A stretch of 63,322 nucleotides of DNA, filler included, from Platydemus manokwari (lineage: Eukaryota): the NCBI GenBank assembly GCA_037951405.1. It is 5 parts of 5 records of this genome, joined end to end, with 100 filler letters (N's around TTAATTAATTAA, not from the genome) between each part and the next. Parts side by side here need not be neighbours in the genome. Positions count along the whole stretch, not along the records: positions 1 to 16,447 come from JBBMOY011173655.1; 4 more parts are not named here. One strand, written 5' to 3'. The translations under genes and the position numbers were made by a program. A model generated the notes under the pieces. It searched no databases, was not told the origin of the DNA, and saw only the letters and a program-made list of their open reading frames with translations. Shown here piece by piece: positions 1 through 14,500 of the stretch (its first letter is position 1; every line of letters begins with the position of its first letter).

Positions 1-613
1 GTAACTTATTATTGTATTGTATTGAATTATCAAATCAAATTCTTATTATATTTTTTAATACTTAAATATAAGTCCTCGTTTATGTCAAATAGAAAATAAA
101 TTTCTAGGAAATGTATCCTAAGATTTAAAAGGTTTGATCAAAATAATAAATAAAAAAATATTGTATAGAACATTTTTAAGGTAATTTAAAAGCTGTCATA
201 TAATACTATTATCATTAATACTATTAAGCACAAGAAAATCCCATACACAAAAATCAGAAGCCTTATTCGGATATTTTACATGCATATATACCTACACAGT
301 CATACGGAATTTATTACAAACCAATCAGAAAAGAACGTAGATATGGATTGACTAATCCTAGCTGACATAAATCGATAACTCCAAATAGATATTGAGCACA
401 CGTAAACTCTTAGCTATAAATGTCACAACAAATATGGATTTTGTCATTTAAAAAGCTTGAAGTCTGTAACAGAGAAGTATTATTATTTGATCAATCCGTA
501 TTTAATATTCAGTAATACTAAAATAATTATAATAGAATTTATAATTACAATGATATTATATTATTAGTTTAGCATAACAAACTTCAGTTATCAAAATATC
601 AAATTCTACTTAC

Positions 614-3322
614 GGTTCCTCCTTCTGACGGAATGATCGAACTAAACTCTGAAGTGCATAAAACTTCACTGATATTATTTCTTTTTCTCTCAGCAATATT
701 TGGAAAATCTATAGCGCAATTGTCGCTAAAATAGGCATATTTCTCCCAAGTACGACCATAATTTTTGCTTCGTTCAATGTACATTGCGGCCGGTCGGTAT
801 GTTTTAAATCTCAAATGAGTAAATGTAAATTGAAATTCACTTTCAAAGCTAATTTCAATCGATACGTTATGTACGCCATTTTCAGACTGCCACCTGAATA
901 ACATTAGTTTCAAATTATTCTAATATTCATTTTTATTTAAATTTATTTTTGAAATTATCAATATTTCAGCTTAGTGACTTGTTTGGGGGAAATCTAAACT
1001 TGAGATCCATTAAAAAAAATTTAGAAATTTAATTGTTTATCTGCAGCTAATAAAATTTTAATCAAGCCGAAAAGTAACACAATTGTTGAAATTGTTAATT
1101 TTCCACATTTTCTTAAATTTGTGACTTTTCGTTCATTCTATATAATAAATGCTTTCTACATTGAAGTTATCTGTCTAGAATTTGTGGAATTCAAGATCGT
1201 TGGCCAATTATTAACTATAATTATCTAACCTGTGTGTCTATAGCCTTAAAATATTTAAAAATTTAATTATAGACTTATTAAAATTGTTTTTATCCAATAA
1301 ATTTTAATTGTCACTTAAATCAACTAAATTTTATTATTGATTTTAAAATATCAAGTTAAATGAGAAGTTGGGAAGATCACAAAATCAACCAAAAGGTTTA
1401 CAGGAACAAAGGAAATAACCCTAAAACGAGTTGACACACAGATCCGATACGCATATGACCCGTCATCCGATCAGATTCGTTCTAATATTAATCCATATTT
1501 AGAAGTTAAAAATGGACAGACATATAGCTAACGATGTCAGTAAACTCAAATATCTGCCAATGGCATAACAGATACAAGAAAAATAGCAAGCAGACTGATG
1601 TATGAACGAATTCAGCAAATGGAAAAAGAAGATCCGTAACATCAAGATAACACACCCGATAGGTATATAAAAGAGGTTGAGTTCCATGAGTAACTACCAT
1701 TCTTCTTTGGTTAATAACTTAATCTTAACTTTGTGATTTTTAGTAAACAGTCTTTTTGGTTGCTTTCTATTATGTCTTTGACTTTTGGGTGATGATCCCC
1801 TCTTGTGTGATAGACTATCGTTGATTATAAAAGCGTTTTAACTGTAGTTGTTGTGACTGAAATTGTAACATTTGGTTAATATAATTTTCAGGTTTAATTG
1901 TTGATTAATTACCGCCCCAACAAAGATAACGCCATTAAGAAGGAAACACAAGGAAAAATATCCCAAATAAATAATACATTATTAAATATTAGGTAATTTA
2001 AATAATAATTTTAAAGAAAAAATAACTTTTATAAAAGCACAGTTTTATCATCATTGATCCTTAATAAATTTTGTAACCAATACCGGTCGTCTGTTGTGAA
2101 TTCATGTTTGAAAGTCTTTGAAAGATTTCACAAAAGAAATTTCAAAATTTTCCAGATTGGAAATAAATCCGAGATTTTCACACATTTTATAATCGTCGTT
2201 GATATAAAATAGACATGATTGGATGATAAGTGGATATGATGAATTTACATTGATATGAAAATAAGAGAATACATAATGAGGGCTTGGTTCATGCAACGAA
2301 TTGTTTCATTTTTAAATTAGTAAAAGTTTATAAATGAAAGAACATATAGAGAAAAGATAAATAATAGCCTGCTTGATAGAAAGACGAGGAAATCAACAAG
2401 ATAAAGAAAATATATTGATTTGACAACAAATTAAATATTTTTTAAATCCAATTATAAGACTCGAAATAAATAAACTTCAGATTCTCCATTAAATATCATA
2501 ATATATGTAAAGAATTTTTACATTTTTCTAATAATTATTGATTGATTGATTGATTTATTAATTCTTATTATGACCCAGACAACACAGGTCATCAAAAATA
2601 TTGATTGATTGGAATATTTTGTGAATATCAGACTGTGTTTAATTAATTAATCAATAAATAAAATTTTTGATATCATTTTATAAATCAATATGTTTCTAAA
2701 CATGCTGAGCATTATTAATGCTGAATCCATATTAAAGTCCTTCATGATTAACCGAAATAACTATATCCATAACTTAATGATAAGGCTCCTACAAATTTAA
2801 TGTAACATTGTGTAATACATTATATAAAACTTATTTTGAAATAATTTATAATATAAATATAGGATATTGGTTAAATAGGAATTATAAATAATATATATTT
2901 CTCTAAAAATAAATATTAAAAAATATATAAAAATCAAAAATCGAATGAGATTTACCATCTGTTTGGATCTTGTGGCAATCTCGATACCACATTTTCAATT
3001 CTGTGACTATTGGAACTTGAAAACTTTTGATATGGATATCCCGAATAACAAATGTTGCACTTTGATTTTCTTATACTATCACTTGGAGTGACTACACAAT
3101 AAGGGTCTATATTTTTCAATCCACATGTTGATGATGCCCTGAGAAAACTCTCTCGTCCAATTAATAAATCACCAGCTTTTGGATTACAAATAGTTTTACT
3201 ACAATCATCTTTACATTGAAATAAATGAAGATAGTGTAAAACTAAATTGGATAAAAAACATTACAGAGTGTACAGGCAATTTTCAACTCACTTAGAAATA
3301 TGGAAATAAAATATGATATCAT
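614..3322 (-). CDS. LAMB1: Laminin subunit beta, 5' part (signal peptide + LamNT domain); 3 exons, continues beyond window start
   Basis: Exons 3322-3292, 3241-2956, 893-614 with GT-AG introns of 50 and 2062 nt. Translation [61 protein letters not shown]...SHRIENVV...[51 protein letters not shown]... matches laminin beta motifs GDLLIGR, STCGL, WWQSENG, FKT(F/Y)RPAAM.IERS. Confidence 0.93.
1270..1870 (-). mobile_element. LTR-like dispersed repeat, family A copy 1 (in laminin intron 2)
   Basis: Reverse complement aligns by eye with 46391-46930, 54146-54390 and 62791-63210 (shared blocks such as accaaaaagactg, attcgttcatacatc, tctaaatatggat, atctgtgtgt, gggttattt, ggataaaaaca). Boundaries approximate. 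Confidence 0.7.
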
Positions 3323-3889
3323 TTTGAATAGACAGATCAAAATTAGTAAGCACCAATATCACTAATTTCAATCCTAGTAATTTTGTTTCTACTCTTAAAA
3401 TTAATTGATTTTAAAAAACAAATTAGTTATTTAAAATCATTGAAGGTCATACTATTTTATTTAATAAAAATTAAACTCCTTTATTTTATGGGGTATTTAA
3501 TATTATAATTAATTCAAAATTAATATTTCATAATTATTTATAATTTCAAAATTATTTAACTTTAGCCTCAGTGAAGTGCACCTCTCGAATTGGCTCACAC
3601 TATATATAATCTCGAAAAAATAACTGTAATCCATACTCATTCAAGAACAATTTATATATCAATCAAAGTTACTGTTTAATTTTATATCCACCCTGAACAT
3701 GAATTTATTCTCGTTAAAAATTTTAAAATCCTTATCTATAGATATTTGTATTTATTTATAATGTTTATGTACTTGATAATTGGATATTTAAATAAATGTC
3801 TCCCCTCTATGATTTTCATCCCGGAAATTAGAGAAAAATAAAAGTAAGTCACAACACTGAAAATATTTAAAAATGCACATACTGTTTTC

Positions 3890-6260
3890 ATAATACATCA
3901 TTCCAGGACTTTCTAATTATAAGTAGATAATGATCAGAATTAGATGAAAATGAACCCATTTGTAATTTTGAGCGATTTCTATCACCCGATCTGTTCTTGT
4001 CTTTTATGTTGATGCCTCTCTTCCCTAAAATACGATCCAGCTTAATGCCGCAGGCTTCCAAGATGTCGACCATTTTAAATCCAATAATTATTTTCTGCAC
4101 AGTGACTTTTCTTAGCTTGGTCTGACACTATATATAATCCCACTGACCAAAAGTGATCTTTTCTGTCACATTACTGGGTCATCGTTTTACCAATATCGAA
4201 TCAGCATTAGTGGGAATACTCTTAAATTGATCATCACCATCCTCGTGTAATCTAGTAAGTTAATGGCCTCCGCTGAGTTTTTGATTTCCTGTAGTGTCGT
4301 CATGCTTTAACAAGCAAATATCCTCGCAATAAGGAAAATAATTTTTATTTCAATTCTTCTGATATTACTGATAGTGCGATAAAAGAATGATAAGAATTAG
4401 CATTATTTATTGATATATTAATATGTGGTAACTTTTCATGACAATGGTGGTTGAATGTGAAGACGTTTCAATTTACTTTTTGCCCAACCTTTGATTACAA
4501 TTTATATTTCCAATATATGAATGGAAGGGGCAGATTCGATGCCCTGATCCATGCCTCCAATTCATACTGTAATTGTTTCTGTAGTAGTGTGCAAGTAACC
4601 ATGGATTCGCTTCCAGACACCCCCAGTATGTGGTAATATCTGTCTAAAACTTATTTTCCGGGTAACTCAGCAATGTTGGCAGTAATTGAAAGAGGCTTCC
4701 TGGTACCGTATTTTTAAGTAGTTAAGATGTTGTGTCTGGTCAGCATAATATTTGATGCTCTGTCCTTTGACTCTCCTTTAGTTCATGATCATGAGAAAAC
4801 TTTTACCAGGTACCTTTTCCGACTCGTATTTATTGATAGAAGATAGCAGATTTAAAGAGGATTAAAGACCATTTCAGTCGTTCACCTCAACATGTTCGTT
4901 TTCTTCATTATTTTCCACATACAATCTTTTGATATTCCTATCTGTTCTTCATGGGTAACCGTTTTTTGCAATGATCTTGCCTACTTCTGCTGCGAGAGTT
5001 ATTTCCGAGTTAACTCTTAGTCTTTTAAGAATGAATGCATCCTCGCCTGTGTTAGATAGCACCTCACGTTTCATGGTATGGGTTTTGCTTCAAGTATTGA
5101 TAGCATTGCATAGCTACATTCTATGCAGTAGTATTGAAGTTCTGCCTTCATGACTAAGAATTCTCGAAATTTTGTCCAGTAAAAATCTAATTCCTGTTAT
5201 ATAAAATAAGTTTCTTCTGAACATACTGTGACATTGTAGGCGTTCACGGTTGTTTATTTCAAGACGTCGACCATGAAGTAGATTGTTCAATTCTGACAAT
5301 CATACGTTATAAGTATTGAGAGTGTTGAATATCACCCCGTTCAATCTCCCGAATATTTTACACGCGCTTTTGGTTTGTATAAAGGAACAAGTATCGGTCA
5401 GTGATCCTTTTTATGCTATCTTCCTTTACTTGATACTGGTTCATATTGTATTCAAGAACTACCTTATTGTCTAGATAGGTGAAGGCCAGTTTGACTCGAG
5501 TTTCAGTGAACATTTTCTCTAGTAATTCTTGGATCATTTGTTTTGGGTAAGTCCTATTCAAATCACTTATGATTCTCCGTATGCATTTGGTGAAACCATT
5601 AATTTCCTGTATAATCGGCTCACAGCCAAATAGATCAAACTTTGGCATGGATTATTTCATGGTTCTAATACAAATATATATTTATAAACATTGATAATTG
5701 ATATACCCATACATTATTTCTTTCGATCGTTCAATGAATCACAGTTCCCTAATTCAATGAAACATTTCGATTCTGACTAGGTGTTATAACGTCCATTTCT
5801 GATTAGATTATTGGTATGATCCTATAAACCCATTGTCTCAGCAGTTTTGGTATTTCTTTGATTTTCTGTGGTTCCAACATGGCGCTTGTTTAGTAATGGA
5901 ATTATTGATGTAAGGCTTTGTAGAATTTTGAGCATTATCACGCCTTTATAATAATTAAAGGAACCATGGTATATATTTTCTTGGAGGCATAATTAATGCT
6001 TTCTCTTATTTTTCTCTTATTTTACTCATTTCACTTTGCAGTTTTATGCTTTCGACCTATTCAAGAGCTTCATCGATTGTTGCAGCTTGGTTATTCACTC
6101 TAGTAGTTTTACATAAGAAGTATATAATCGTCATCCGAATCATCTCATGTTTGCTTGTTAATAGGTGACACGTGTGGGTCATCAATGGTATTCTATACTT
6201 CTCCGTCATGTTCAGTAGTCCACAACCATACGTGATATTTTTTAGATATGTTCTTATCAT
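3890..6260 (-). mobile_element. Heavily decayed, probably retroelement-derived coding remnant (unclassified)
   Basis: Raised GC and several stop-interrupted minus-strand ORF fragments with no splice structure. No diagnostic motif could be confirmed. Confidence 0.3.
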
Positions 6261-7163
6261 CACGTCGAATTGTAGTAATCTAGTATAAATAAAATAGTAA
6301 AGTCATATCTGTTGTTCGAGGACAGAAAATTTTCTAAAACACTAACCAAGTACAATATCATGATAGACCTAGTTTTTGAATCTTAGTAGAATGATAGATC
6401 AGTATTTCAATGCAGACACTGATTTTTTGATTTTTCTTATTTTAGAATATTTTGTAACAATTCAAAGCACATTCGTATGAGTTGAAATGGTATTAATTAT
6501 ACGAATTGTTCGAATGATAAAAGTACGAGCACGAATAGAACTAATGGTACTAATGGAATTAATGACATGATTACGAGTACGATTCAGTGTACAAATAACA
6601 TCAAGAGTAAATGTATGAAAGACAAAAAAGAACGAGTAATGTTTTGATTATCTCAAACCCATATATTTAATTTTCCTTTTATTTTATTGAATATTTAATT
6701 TATCAGATTTAACATAATTATTGTTCTTATCTAATTTAATAATACTTGTTGATTGAATTTATTTATTTATTTATCAAACTTAACATAAATATTAGTTTAA
6801 ATCACATTAATTTTCTTATCAATTGGTTTTGAATTCATTTATTTAGTTTTTCAATAAAATTTATTTTCACGGTCTGTGTTCAAGTACTGTCCTATCGTGC
6901 AATTAATCTTCAATGGACAAATTTACTCAAATATTGGCGATGATGTTTTTTGTTATATTTGCGGAAGATCGCAAGTGGAACGGTTTCGAATTATAATTTT
7001 TCTGATTATTAGTAATTTTAGTGTCTTATTGAATTTAGTTTGAATGTGTAATCTTTAGTTGTTCGAAATTTTTGTGACAATGATTAATATGATGATAGCG
7101 TAATAAATTAAAAAATGAAGAACACGTTAAAACCAAAAATAGATAATTACAGATATCATATAT

Positions 7164-7860
7164 TTACATATCATATATTGACAAATCAGAAAATGCTTGA
7201 CTTTTATAAGCAAGATGCACAAGTTCTAGAAAACTGTTCACAGACTTTGATTTCAATTTTCTTTGAACATAAAATTTGAAATTATTATAATGTTCTTTTA
7301 TAACTCGTTCTGGTGCAGTAAGAAAAACCAAATATTTCTTACACAACGAAGATGCTTCATCATTTCCAAACTCAAAGTCGCAATCTTATTTCAACTTACT
7401 CACATAAAATGCCATCGAATCTTGAATTTCATTTTCTGGAAATTTGTCTTCCAAATGACAACACGCTATTTCAATTAAAGTTTAAATAGGTTTTAAATCT
7501 ATGGAAATATATTTTGATGCGTATTCCAGAACCGTGGATTTGACTTTCTCACTCCAGTTAGGAACTTCCCCAAGGTACTGACATTTGATTTTTGTATCTT
7601 TGCATGTGTCATGTCTATTGCATCAATATGTATCAATCCACTCGTCTGTAAAGCTTTACACAAGGAAGCCAACTCAGCATACATATTATTGACAACTTTT
7701 AATGTAATATAAATGAGGCCGCCATAATTTCTTACAAAAGCTATTGTTGTTAGAGAAATAAAAATCCAATTCTCAAAACCTATATTTAAACAAAGTTTTT
7801 GACATTGAGCCAGTACTTTGTTCTCATTAAGAAACTTTTGTGCGCTGGCGTTTTCCATTT
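7164..7860 (-). mobile_element. Decayed hAT-like (ZNF862/ZMYM-type) transposase fragment
   Basis: Fragments ELASLCKALQTSGLIHIDAIDMTHAKIQK and SFLELVHLAYKSQAFSDLS resemble the hAT C-terminal insertion and dimerisation region. Broken by frameshifts and stops. Confidence 0.4.
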
Positions 7861-8559
7861 TCTTTGTGTGAACACTGTGTTCAACCTTTTCGAATAAGTC
7901 ACTTTAAAATTTATAATTTTAACTTTTCGACAAGACTTACCAAAATAATGAAGTTTTCATCCTAAACTGTCTCGTATAGTGGGTAATTAATTTCAACTAA
8001 TCATTTATTACTTATACTTACATTAAATTATTAATGTCTCCACATCGTCATTATTGATTTAAATCTCTCATTGATTCTCAAAATTTGTATCATTTGTTTT
8101 AATATTTGACACCTTAACTTTCGAGTTGAAGATTTTTTAATTAACTTGTTTATTTTCAAAGTTTGGATTTATTTTTAAGTATTAACATTTTTATTAATTC
8201 CAGGCAAGACTTCTGACGTTTTTAGCGGAAAGTATACTTAATCATAACCATATCACATTCTTTAGAAAAATCACAAGGATCACAAAACTCGACTCAAATT
8301 AGTTTTAAATGTCATTTTGTACAATCAATGACTAGTGCATTTCACAAATTTTCAGTAACATTGCAAAAAAACTTTGAAATTAACATCAACATGAAAAGCA
8401 CTGTACCGAAATATCATCATTAAATGACATTGATAGCAATTAAAATAAATATCAAATACTTTCTATTATACCAAAATTTCTTTGATACAATTGGATAAAT
8501 CAAACGCGTCGATTAAAAAATAGACTAAGGGAAAATTACAATCAATAAATATGCTCTAT

Positions 8560-11500
8560 CTATGAAATTAAACATGCGTCACGGTTTATGTTATTTAGAT
8601 TCATATCTCCAGCCAACAATCGATCAAGAGCTGCTTTAGCTAAATAGCTTGTAGTACCTTGGCGAATATTTGATGGGGTTAAGTAAAACTTTTGCCAGAC
8701 TTCATGATCACCTTTGCCTGTTTGTGATCCACTAGAATTAATATTGATATCATCATATAAAATCTTAATAAGTTACAATTCTTTTATATTCGCCTTTCTA
8801 AACTGCCTTATTGCTTCGTCAATCACCTCATTAATATCAAGTACATCATTAAAATATAATTCTTCATTTCGCTCTAAAATCACAGCGATAACCATGAAAG
8901 CTTCAATTACTATAGAGTGATAAACGGGTTCTGCTATTCTATCTAAATAGGATTCCACTAATGTCACGAAATTCAGGTCGGTAGCAGTCATATCTTGAAG
9001 TACAGGATTCTATTCAACAAATAATAAATTAAAAATATTCATTAAAATTTTCTTTCACATTCATTAAAATTCAAATTATATTTATCAGAATAATTTATAG
9101 TTATGATAATTATAATTAATATTTTCAACTTGTAATTATACTATAATAATAATAATTTATGTTATAAGAGTTTCATTATTCTTCGAATAAAATATTTTGC
9201 TTGATAATAAATCTTAGGATATATTCCATTTAACCTCGAATGCCTTCGATAATCTTAAATTAGGCAAATACCCCAATACCTTGGTACATATTGGTGTTAG
9301 AATTATTCTAAATGAAAACATGTCCTAAATAATAAACGTTTTTGTTAAACTGTATTTTCTATTAAATTAACCTCGTTCAAACAAATGACCCAGAAATACT
9401 GAATCCTTTTACACTCCAAAGTTCGAAGCAGTTTCAAAAAGTCCTTGAACACGAAAGTGCTCTTTATGTAACAAATTGGTGCTTTTACTATAATATCACT
9501 TGTCATTAATCCTTTCGTCCTGAATTTTCCCAAAATTCCTATTTTATCGGACAGCTACATATCATGATTTGATTTGATACTAATTTGTCTTCAATATCTT
9601 TAACTCTATTAAATCTCATTCATTATACTTCCTGCTGCATTTTAGCAACGCTTTTAATAATAATTTCTACTGCTGTCATCAAATTGATCGACTAGATGTG
9701 ACTGATGCTTACATTTTTATTGGCCATACTTAATATTTATGTTTATGAATAATAATATTAAAATATATTAACTCTTATAATATAATACTGTAATTAACAC
9801 TGGCGATTTTTATCCCAAGCTTAACATTAATCATAAAAACTATCTAATGATTTTATATTATTAATATACAATCGAAAAAATCTAAACACTTTATACATCA
9901 TTAAATGTACATCAGACTCTGAAGATGTCTGAAACTTCTAACAAACGGCAACTGGGTGAAAATTGGCTTAGACGGCAAAAATAAACTTCGGAATTTAAAA
10001 TTCTAAACTAGTTGAAACCAATCAATAAAATAGTAAAACCACATCAAAGGCAATATTTCAAAACTTTAATAAGGATCAAAGTGCTTTTAAAAATTATATA
10101 TATATTCTTAAGTTTATTCAACATAATAAATATTTCATTCAAAAAAATCGAATAATATTTCTAACCGGACTAAGCATTTGACCACAAATAATTATACCAG
10201 ATATTGAACTTTCGAGTATTTGATAGACACACTTATAAAAATTTTCTGGTGCTCTGCTAAGACACCCGTCTAGTTGTCGAAAGAAAAGTGGTGTTCGTGG
10301 TTCAGTAATTTCTGCAGTACTTTCTAACGGTTCTCTGTTTTCACTTAATCGCAGCACTTCTTCAAGTAATTGTTTAACTTCAAAAGGAGACATGCTATAA
10401 AGTTGGTGAATCGGTTTCTTTCGATATTCTAATTCTAATTTCATGGCTTCTATTAACCAACTAAATTTATAAAAAATTAATAACTGACGATCACTTATTA
10501 AAATAAAAATATTAATAACATTAAAATTCCAGAAATAAATATTCAAATTGTGAGTAGATATAATTGAAATTTTATTCGGTTACTATTAGTTTTTTACGAT
10601 AGGCGGCATAAAACATAAGTAACCTAACTCTCTTTCCTAATCCAAATCTTATAATTATCTACCAGAAAATGCTAAGAGTCACAAATCAAAATCTTATAAA
10701 TGTAACGATTATAATATTTTAAGATATAATGAATAAACTCTTGGAAACATTTCTTTAATTTACTTATCGATTGAATTTATAGCTTTTCTTAATGTTTAAT
10801 AAATTCCAATTTTCTAATTTACTCTTTAAAGTACAAAAAGTATTACAATCATTAATAATGAAGAGGTCATACTGCTAGCCTAACGGACTTCTAACAAGAG
10901 ACAATTTTAGACCAATGGTTTTTCTATTAACACGTTGACGGACAGCTGCGTCTATAACCGTCAATTTCGAACTTCAATTGTTCCTACTGTCCGTCAATGT
11001 GTTAAAAGTATTGTAATTTTTTCATTTTATTTCCCTTTAGATTGAGTTTTTAATAAAAAGAATATGATATTTATTTGACGTTTGCTTGGAAATAAAGAAA
11101 ACCTAAAAAAATGTTACTTTAACCGAATACAAATTTAGGAATCATAGAGTCAAGTCAACAATGGTCCACGAAGTATGATCATCTAATTGAAAAATGATCG
11201 CCAATCCAAAATAATTTCATAACTGTTACAAAAACCTGTGGAGCATGAAATATCAGTTTAAACTTATGTAAAAAATCGCTCGAATTATATCTTTGATATG
11301 CACTTAATTTTATTTAATAATAATAATAATAAATTACAACTGTAAACCGTCACTGGAAATCAAAACAACAAAGATGAAAAATAATAATTAAAATTAACAT
11401 TATTTTTGTTTATATTTAATAAAATTAATTTCTGAAAACATTGTGATTCAAATTTTAAAAACAAACCAAACATATACCCCATTCGAATAATCGATATACA

Positions 11501-14500
11501 TTTAAACAGTGAAGGATCTTTGGCAATTAATCCTGCAACCCATAATATTAATTCCTGTTGAAGAACTGCTTGAATGGGATCAATTTTTAAAATCGTTTCA
11601 TAAAAATAATTTTTTATTTCATTTGGTGGAATTGGATTACTAATAATAATTTCTCTGGATTTTTTCGGAACTCCAATACTTAAGTGTTTTCCATTGACAA
11701 GAATTGCTGATATTGAAGGAGCTAAACTATTTACAGTACGACCAAGAATAGCCGAGCAATATCTAACTGTATTCCTAAAAATAATTTGAAAATTATGAGC
11801 AATATTTCTATTGAATCTTATATATTTATTTGAAAAATATAAACAAAAACTCAGAATAAACATGTCCCTAAGCAATACATAATTGATAACAATCAATAAA
11901 GTTGATATTTATATTTTGGAATAAATATTTTAATAAATTATTATTAATTTCATGTTTATATTCTTATTATATTAAATCTTCTATTATTAAAATCATTAAA
12001 ACCTGAATTAAATAATGTATTATGAATATTATTAATATTAAGAAAAACAATCATTTATAATTTCGGATATTTGTACTGAAACAATAACCAAGTCAATCTT
12101 TATTAAAATAAATACGATGTTATATATAGGTTATGTACGAACATTTAATAATGGAATCATGAAATCATCAACATTTACAATCCCACAAAACGATGGCAGA
12201 GAATCAAATACTTATTACTGAATTATCTCCTAATGGGATGAAAATTCATAAAGAAATATTTTTAATCAATAAGAAATTCATCGCGATCACTGACACTATC
12301 AGAAATGATTATATTTAACGATTTGATTGAATTGAAAAGAAATACTCTCATCGTAATAAATGCGATCGAGGCTTGTATAAAATTATAAGAGTCAAGTTTT
12401 ATACGTTTACAAAATAAACTTCTCTAGATGTTGTAAGAATAAAAAATAATCTCTGACATTTAAAGAAAGTTGAAAAATGTAATTAAAGGACAGGAATATA
12501 ACGATTTATTATCAACTATAAATGTATCAAATATTTATGATAAAATAACTAATTTTATCAAATAATAATTTCCCAAACAATACATTAAATTTTATCAATA
12601 AAAATTTTTGAAAAAATAATATTATTATTATATTAAATATCAGACATATCTATAAATTAAATCATAAGAAAAAAATAATCTATCAATTATTTAATTAGCT
12701 AGAAATGATAGTCTCAACATTATTGAGACAAGCCTATAATCAATAGATTAAATAGTATATGAAAGAATATATATCGAAAATTTGCCTCTTACCATGATTG
12801 GTAAATAGCTGATTGCCTTGATAGATGAACTATTCTTTCAACAACTGTCTCCTTTTCGGGCCACTTAATAATATGATCGCGTCCATGTCTCTCAAGAAGG
12901 ACATGTAAGCATTGGGCTTGTGTAATCATTGATTCTGATTTCTGCAATAAATGAACCAAATCTTCACTCGATTTCATTTCAAATTCCTAAAAGTTAAAGA
13001 TCAAATAAAACTAAGATTTAACAATTATATATATAAACAGGTTTGCAGTCTCTAGATAATTCATATCCACTTGAATTTGGTGAAAAAGATACATCCGTTA
13101 AACTATTAAAGGATGTGCTCACAGTCAACTCTTGTAATCGAATAATATTATCTAATATGTCATGTCGAGAATGAAGAAAATCCAAATGATCAACGCAACC
13201 ACTAGCCACAAAATTCTGGAAAAACAATATAATCAACAATGCACATTGAAGATTTAATAAATAAGAGATAAATAATTTAATAATTATTAAAAATTCTTGA
13301 AAATAAAATAATTTGAGAACTATCATCGTGTATAGATGCAATGCTTTTATCAATGAAATTATAATATCTGACTCAACTTGTTCCAACTTCTATCAATTCA
13401 AGAATAAATTCAGTGACTAAAAATTATTGTTAATATGTTGGCTATTCGAAAAATTAAATTTTAACTTTTTAAAACATAATTATAAAATCATGTTTATCAA
13501 ATATAATTACTAGAGATACAATATGGAACAAGTAAGGAATGGTTAAAATAATTGAAAACATTCCGTGTGGTAGTTAATTTATCATTTTAGAAACATTTGA
13601 TAAAATAAAATCGCAAAACTATGGTGATTGGGGTTTTTTAAGTGATAAAAATAATGCTATCTCCAGATTGCTTAAACCAATAACCAAAAATTTATTCGCA
13701 ATATTAAGTCTCGATAATTCAAAATAAACTACTGAGTGTTTACAAGTAATTTGTAATGACTGAAGATTTATAAGAAATTGAAATTTGAACATCCTATTTT
13801 TATAAAATATTAATTTGTTTCAATTATTGTAATTAAAAGATAATTTGGTGAAGTGACTTTTAAATTCGTTTTCAATGCGTTATTTATTAAATAGTAGCCG
13901 CTTACATCGTGAGAGATAATGTCTGTGGCATGGAAGTATAGAAAATAATGAAATAGAAAAGATGTAAAGAAGATATTCAGAAGTTGCATAGAATATATAG
14001 ATAAGAAAAAGTGAAGATATATAGAGAAAATATAGAGAAGTTTTAAAGAAGATATAGAGATTATATAAAATAGAAAAGAAATATAAATTTTTATTTAGAG
14101 AATTTTATCATGAGAATTTGACCCCGAGATAATTAAAAATCCAAAGAAAATCAAAGATTTGTAAAAACAATAATCTATTTTATCGTTATAAATTCCAATC
14201 ATGTTAGAAATAGAATTTTGTAAAATTTTTATTTAATTTAATGGATTCAAAACTTTTCTAAATCCTAGGTTCAATGTTTTAATGAATTAATTTTCAAAAT
14301 ATTTTTCTCACTTGTGCTCTTCCTAGTAAAACACGAACACCATCAATCCAACCACATTTCATTGAAGCAAGAAATTTAATTAGAACATTGGCATCAGATG
14401 CTCTAAAATAGAAAAAATCGATAAAACGATTGGTTAATTAAATTCACACAACTAGATCTATATTTCCAATTATATTTAATATTATTTTGAAATAAGTTTT

